Source: Selaginella moellendorffii
Lineage: Eukaryota; Plantae; Lycopodiophyta
DNA: 64,000 bases
Assembly: GCF_000143415.4 (NCBI RefSeq)
Contig: NW_003314263.1
Span: 4,219,628 to 4,283,627, forward strand
Reading direction: 5' to 3'
Position 1 is the first letter of the stretch. The number at the start of each line of letters is the position of its first letter. A program made the translations under genes and the position numbers. The notes beneath the pieces are model-generated. The model worked only from the letters and a program-made list of their open reading frames with translations. It had not been told where the DNA came from and searched no databases. This document shows positions 59,605 through 64,000 of this stretch, in pieces.

Positions 59605-60987
59605 TCATGATCTTATGCGGTGCACAAAATTGATGATGGACGCGATGGTTCCAGCCATGCCCACTGCAGTTCCCACAGCCAAGATGGCATAGTTGACTCC
59701 GGCCTCCCACTTTGGCATCACGTTTCTGTATATTCTCAAGTAAAATAACGAAGGAAGGGTCACCGCTACGAGCATGCCTGAGGCAGAGCCTATAAATGCC
59801 ACCATGGTTTCGAAGTATGGAAAAACCATAGCCAACAAAAAAACGAAGATCAGGAGACCGGTCCTGAGAAGCAGGCTGGATGCCACAAAGGATCTCGAAG
59901 TATTGGGCCACGGGAATTTGCTCTCAATATCGAGAGCTATGGGAGCAAGGCATAGCGAATACTTGCTGAATGGAAGGAGAACAACCATCCATAGCACAAG
60001 CTTGGCAGCAACCAAGTGTGTGGGAATATTTAGAGATACTTGCGGAAGTGTATAGTCCCCAAACATGGTTCCTCCTAGAAACGCGAATCCAATGTATATC
60101 ATGGTGGAGATCATAAAACTGAGAACCAACACCTAGAAGTCCAGTACGAAGTTTAGTTTTACATCTCCATGTCAGTCGATAAAAATAAAACCTTTGCATA
60201 GTTGGAGGGATTCTTGAGCGACGTATAAACACTAGGAAGAGCACAGTGAGCCGCAAAACAGTAGGCATAGATTCCCGCGATGTTGAGCAAGTTTTCCGGT
60301 CTCAAGTGTGGAACGGAGTGGTGAAACCCGATACCCAATCCAGCTCCGGCATAAATCATCGTAACCGTGATGATCATGTACGTAACAATACCAAATAGAG
60401 ATAGATACGATATCCATGCCAAGTTTCTCAGCCAGACTGTTGGAAGAACAACGAGGAACGCTATGAAAAGCAGCACCTTGGAAGGGCCAATCTCAAGAGC
60501 TGAGATCCGAAGAGTAGCATGAGGAAATAGCCTGGCAAGATTGTCACCCATGGAAATCGTGTAGCCCACCAACACTGCTATCATCTCGAATTGAACCAGC
60601 AAGGTGAAGGGAAGGCGAGCTCTGGAACCGAAGGCAGCCTCGGCAATTGTGTTGTATGATCCATTTGGGGTGAGGCAGCGACTAAGAACATAGGCAGTAT
60701 AGCAGCATATCACTGAAAACGCGAACAGGATGCTCAAACCCAGCCAGCCACCTTGCTCGAGAGCGTAGGGTGTGGTGAGGAAAGAAATCCCTGCAAAGAA
60801 TCAAGGCAGCTTGCTTGAAGCATTTCAAATCAAGAAGAATATCGTCAATCACGATTTATCACTCACCAAGTATGGCACTGACACTGTTGAATGTTGCATG
60901 TAGGAATGAGCTCCTTTGTAGCTTTTTTAGTGATTGATCATTTTGATCGAGGCTCTGCCCCTCCACCTCAAGAGCTTGGTGCTCCAT
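59605..60987 (-). CDS. AVT1-like amino acid transporter (AAAP family), intact copy, three exons
   Basis: SSFLHATFNSVSAILG|ISFLTTPYALEQGGWLGL..CCYTA..LPTVWLRNL..YCFAAH..NYAK|VLV..FPYF..FIGS; splice sites intact. Confidence 0.9.
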
Positions 60988-61424
60988 ATCTATCTCGACA
61001 TCCCGCTCAGACGAAGGCCCTTATAAAAAAATCCCAAAGTCATGGTCAAACGAGAAGCCTTTGTTGAAGAGATAAAGAGTTTATGCCTTGATTCTCGCTG
61101 AAAGGTCAATGAAAGTCCTCTGTCAAAGCTCCATCCCACATGAAAAAGGAAAGCCCAATTGTGAATGCTCTCGAGCTCCATTAAAGTCCTGTAGAAACTT
61201 CAAAAGAGAAGACTCGAGAGGCTGTGCTCCCACAAAGTCATGAGACCCTCCCAAGTGTTTATACCTTCAGAGGTGGTTCAAAACGTGTCTGTCTCTATGG
61301 ACACCAAGATATAGGGACCACATGAGTCTTTCGTCTTAAATGTTAGTCATTTGTTTGTCAGTGACGGCTGAAAATTTTTAACGTTTTTGAACGTAAAGGA
61401 GAGGTCGTTCCGTTTGGATGGAAC

Positions 61425-62800
61425 ATGGTAAGTGACAAAAATAGTCTCTCATCACTTTTCATTCTCCCGGGATCAAGCCGCTCTTCGTCTCTTGTGGCAC
61501 GGAGGCTCCGATGCCTAGCTCAACATTGTTGCTGCGAAGGTTTCTCACTGATTTCTCGAGATAGATGTGGCTGACTAGTATCATACAAACATGTGTAGCT
61601 GGCTTCGCGGCTCCTCACTTTTCCACAATCCACTGCTCAATTGGGGCTGCCTTCGGCCATTGTTTTCCAGCTCCTTCTATCGGCGATGGGATTGTGGTCT
61701 CAATCCGCGATAAATGTTCTCTACTTGAGACACAAGCGGATGGTGAATCCAGAGACAACAGCGAATCAACCCTGGCACACGACTCAGGTACAATCAAAGA
61801 GTTTTTGAATCGACCGCTTAAGAGCACCGCAGCTTCACGAAGTTATTGGAGGGCTTCTGGGATCTAAATGGATGATTGTTTCCCTCGTGTTCAACATTGT
61901 CACACTCTTCTATGTTTCGTCGGCTCAACTTATAGCATGTAGCAAGTGAGAGTTCTTTCTGACATTCCTTTTGTCACTCTCGATCATATCTCAGACTTCC
62001 TTGTCAATTGGGGCAGTGTGGCATACACCGTGAATGACAACTTGGACAAGAGAACCTGGACGTTTGTGTTTGGGGCAATCTTCTCACTGCCAATTCTTTT
62101 CCCGAGCGCTCACAACTACAGAGTTTGGTCGTTCCTGGGAGTGGTCACTATTATCTTTGACTCTGCTTACATGACAATAGCAACGCTGTTTGACAGAAAG
62201 GCAAGACTATACTTTTCAATCATTACTAAAATCATTCCCACAGGCCGGAAACGTCCGTCATTCGTCACCACGAAGCTCCCAGGAATATTTTACTGGTTTG
62301 GTCGGGATGCTGATCCTCGGAAACGTTCCCATCCCTGTGTAAGATCTCACCCTTGATAATGTTTTTTCACTGCAAGGGAGATCATGGATGCAATGTGGAA
62401 GCCTGACGAGTACCAGGCAGCAAATCTCTACGGGATGGCTTGCATTTTGGTGGTGGTCATGCTTCCAAGCATCAGCATGGAACGCAAATTTGGAGACAAG
62501 CTTCTCGCCACACCAAACGCGATGTTGCTACTCCCAAGATCAAAGTTTCACAACAGTGCCAGCGTCCTCATCCTCCTTCATGTGGTTAGTATACCATGGA
62601 TCCATATGAGCTCTAAGTTCTACATCTTCTCTGATCGATCGAGAGAAATCCAATTCATCAGGTTATCAACTTTGGCATGTACTCCCTTGCACTCTATGCG
62701 ACGTGGGAGAAGATAGCCAGGTTATCAACTTTGGCATGTACTCCCTTGCACTCTATGCGACGTGGGAGAAGATAGTGTGCATCCAGTGTGGAGACACCAC
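61425..62800 (+). pseudogene. Divergent AUX1/LAX-like auxin influx carrier pseudogene
   Basis: LLWHGGSDA*, LLTFPQS.AQLG, QLIAC, NDNLDKRTWTFVFGA..FPSAHNYRVWSFLG, EIMDAMWKP, FGDKLL..NA..LLP, WEK. In-frame stop, a 59-bp tandem duplication at about 62659-62775, and 3' truncation. Confidence 0.85.
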
Positions 62801-62846
62801 GTCAGCAAAGAAGATAAGTCATTCATCCAAGACACCAACCGCCAAG

Positions 62847-64000
62847 TGTCACACCTATACCATTATATACATAACTATACCAAAGCAATGAAGTTGACAG
62901 AGCATTCCGTGTACACAAAATCACACATCTACATGGTATTGGGTTTGTTTCGATCCTGATGGCGAAACACTGGCAAACACAGCAACGCGATGAGCAGGAC
63001 TGCGCTAGGGCTCTCGCAGTCCTTGCTAGGGTGGAGTGATGGATTCAAGAACACAAGTGAGCGCAACGTGATGTCCATCCGTGCCTCTACCCTCATTGTT
63101 GCTCTGTGTGCACGGCGTGTGGGCATCCCTTCCAATGATGCCCACCACCTCCTCCCCCTCTTCGCTTCTAGCTTACTCTGCTGTTTTGTCCTTTCTTCTA
63201 GAAATTAATGGCTACTAGTACTCCACCTCGCACTACATCTAGAACCACCCTAGCGAGCACCATGGCCATCCCAGCTGGCAACTGGGATGCAAGATGGGAA
63301 AAGCTACTCCAGAAGTTCACGGGTGAGAACTTCACGACTTGGAAGACCAAAGTCCAATTAATCTTAATGGCAAAAGATTGTTGGGATTTGGTGAGGGAAC
63401 CGAAGTGAAACCTCAAGATATAGAAGCAGCCTTGTAGGCTACTTGGGACTCCAAGAACCGCAAAGCCCTTTCCATGATTGGACTAGGTCTTGGAGATGAA
63501 TTTATTCATCTCCTTGATCTAGAAAAATTTGCCAAAGCCAATTGGGATTTCCCAAGTCTTTGTAGCCATAGCCGGTAATGCTAAATTGGTTCTGACCCAG
63601 AAATTTTTCTTCCTACACATGTAGTTTGGTGAGACAATGGCAACATACATCGGGAAGCTCAAAGGCTTAATGCAACAGCTGAAGGAATTAGGTGCTATAG
63701 TTTCCGATGACTATGCAAAAGCCTTCTTGCTTTACTCTGTATCCCTAGAGTTGCAACAATCGTCCTCCATGCTTTCTTTTGTCCTAGGCAAAACCATGGA
63801 GGAGCTCTACTCTAATCTGCTCGAGGAAGAGCGCAAGATTGCTGAGTGTCAAACTGGCCATCAAGGATCCCCTCAGGCTGCTCGCAAGTAGGCTTGTTTC
63901 TTGGTAAGAAACAATTGAGTGGGGAGTAAAGGAAAAGAGGCACTAGCCGTGGGCTTCATATCTCTTCTGCTACAACTCCCAGCTTTGAATCTAACTTCTC
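62847..64000 (+). mobile_element. Ty1/Copia remnant (gag), runs off the window
   Basis: KFTGENFTTWKTKVQLILMAKDCWDLV, KALSMIGLGL, MATYIGKLKGLMQQLKELGAIVSD..LLEEE. PBS-like CA|TGGTATTGG at 62934; the LTR start is uncertain. Confidence 0.75.

Overview
Eukaryotic plant nuclear DNA: gene-dense, with very short (~50-70 nt) GT-AG introns, an S-motif-rich PLS-class PPR gene and a flagellar RSPH9 gene. This points to a sperm-flagellated land plant, most consistent with the lycophyte Selaginella (inference). Left arm (1-13.6 kb): atypical E2/UBC gene, tRNA-Thr(UGU), a small unknown gene, PLS-E PPR, kiwellin, PLATZ, alpha/beta hydrolase and a GNAT-fold gene. Centre (13.6-37.6 kb): a nest of retroelements inside AT-rich transposon debris. 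An old non-autonomous Gypsy (A) carries a 5S-bearing Cassandra TRIM, and a Tf1/sushi/Tcn1-like chromovirus (C) sits in its LTR. C is in turn split by a younger chromovirus (B). Right arm: NAD(P)HX dehydratase, MFS remnant, P-class PPR, MBS1, RING-H2 E3, RSPH9, expansin A, two AVT1-like transporters, Helitron remnants, AKR and AUX1/LAX pseudogenes, and a Copia gag remnant. Most notable: (1) element B has two clean spliceosomal introns inside conserved integrase motifs; (2) four clustered genes share an unrecognised two-motif module after a mitochondrial-type presequence, once fused to a PPR array; (3) element C has a self-priming PBS and a GGGAAAC -1 frameshift signal; (4) a circularly permuted inverted duplication next to a Helitron shows reciprocal gene decay.
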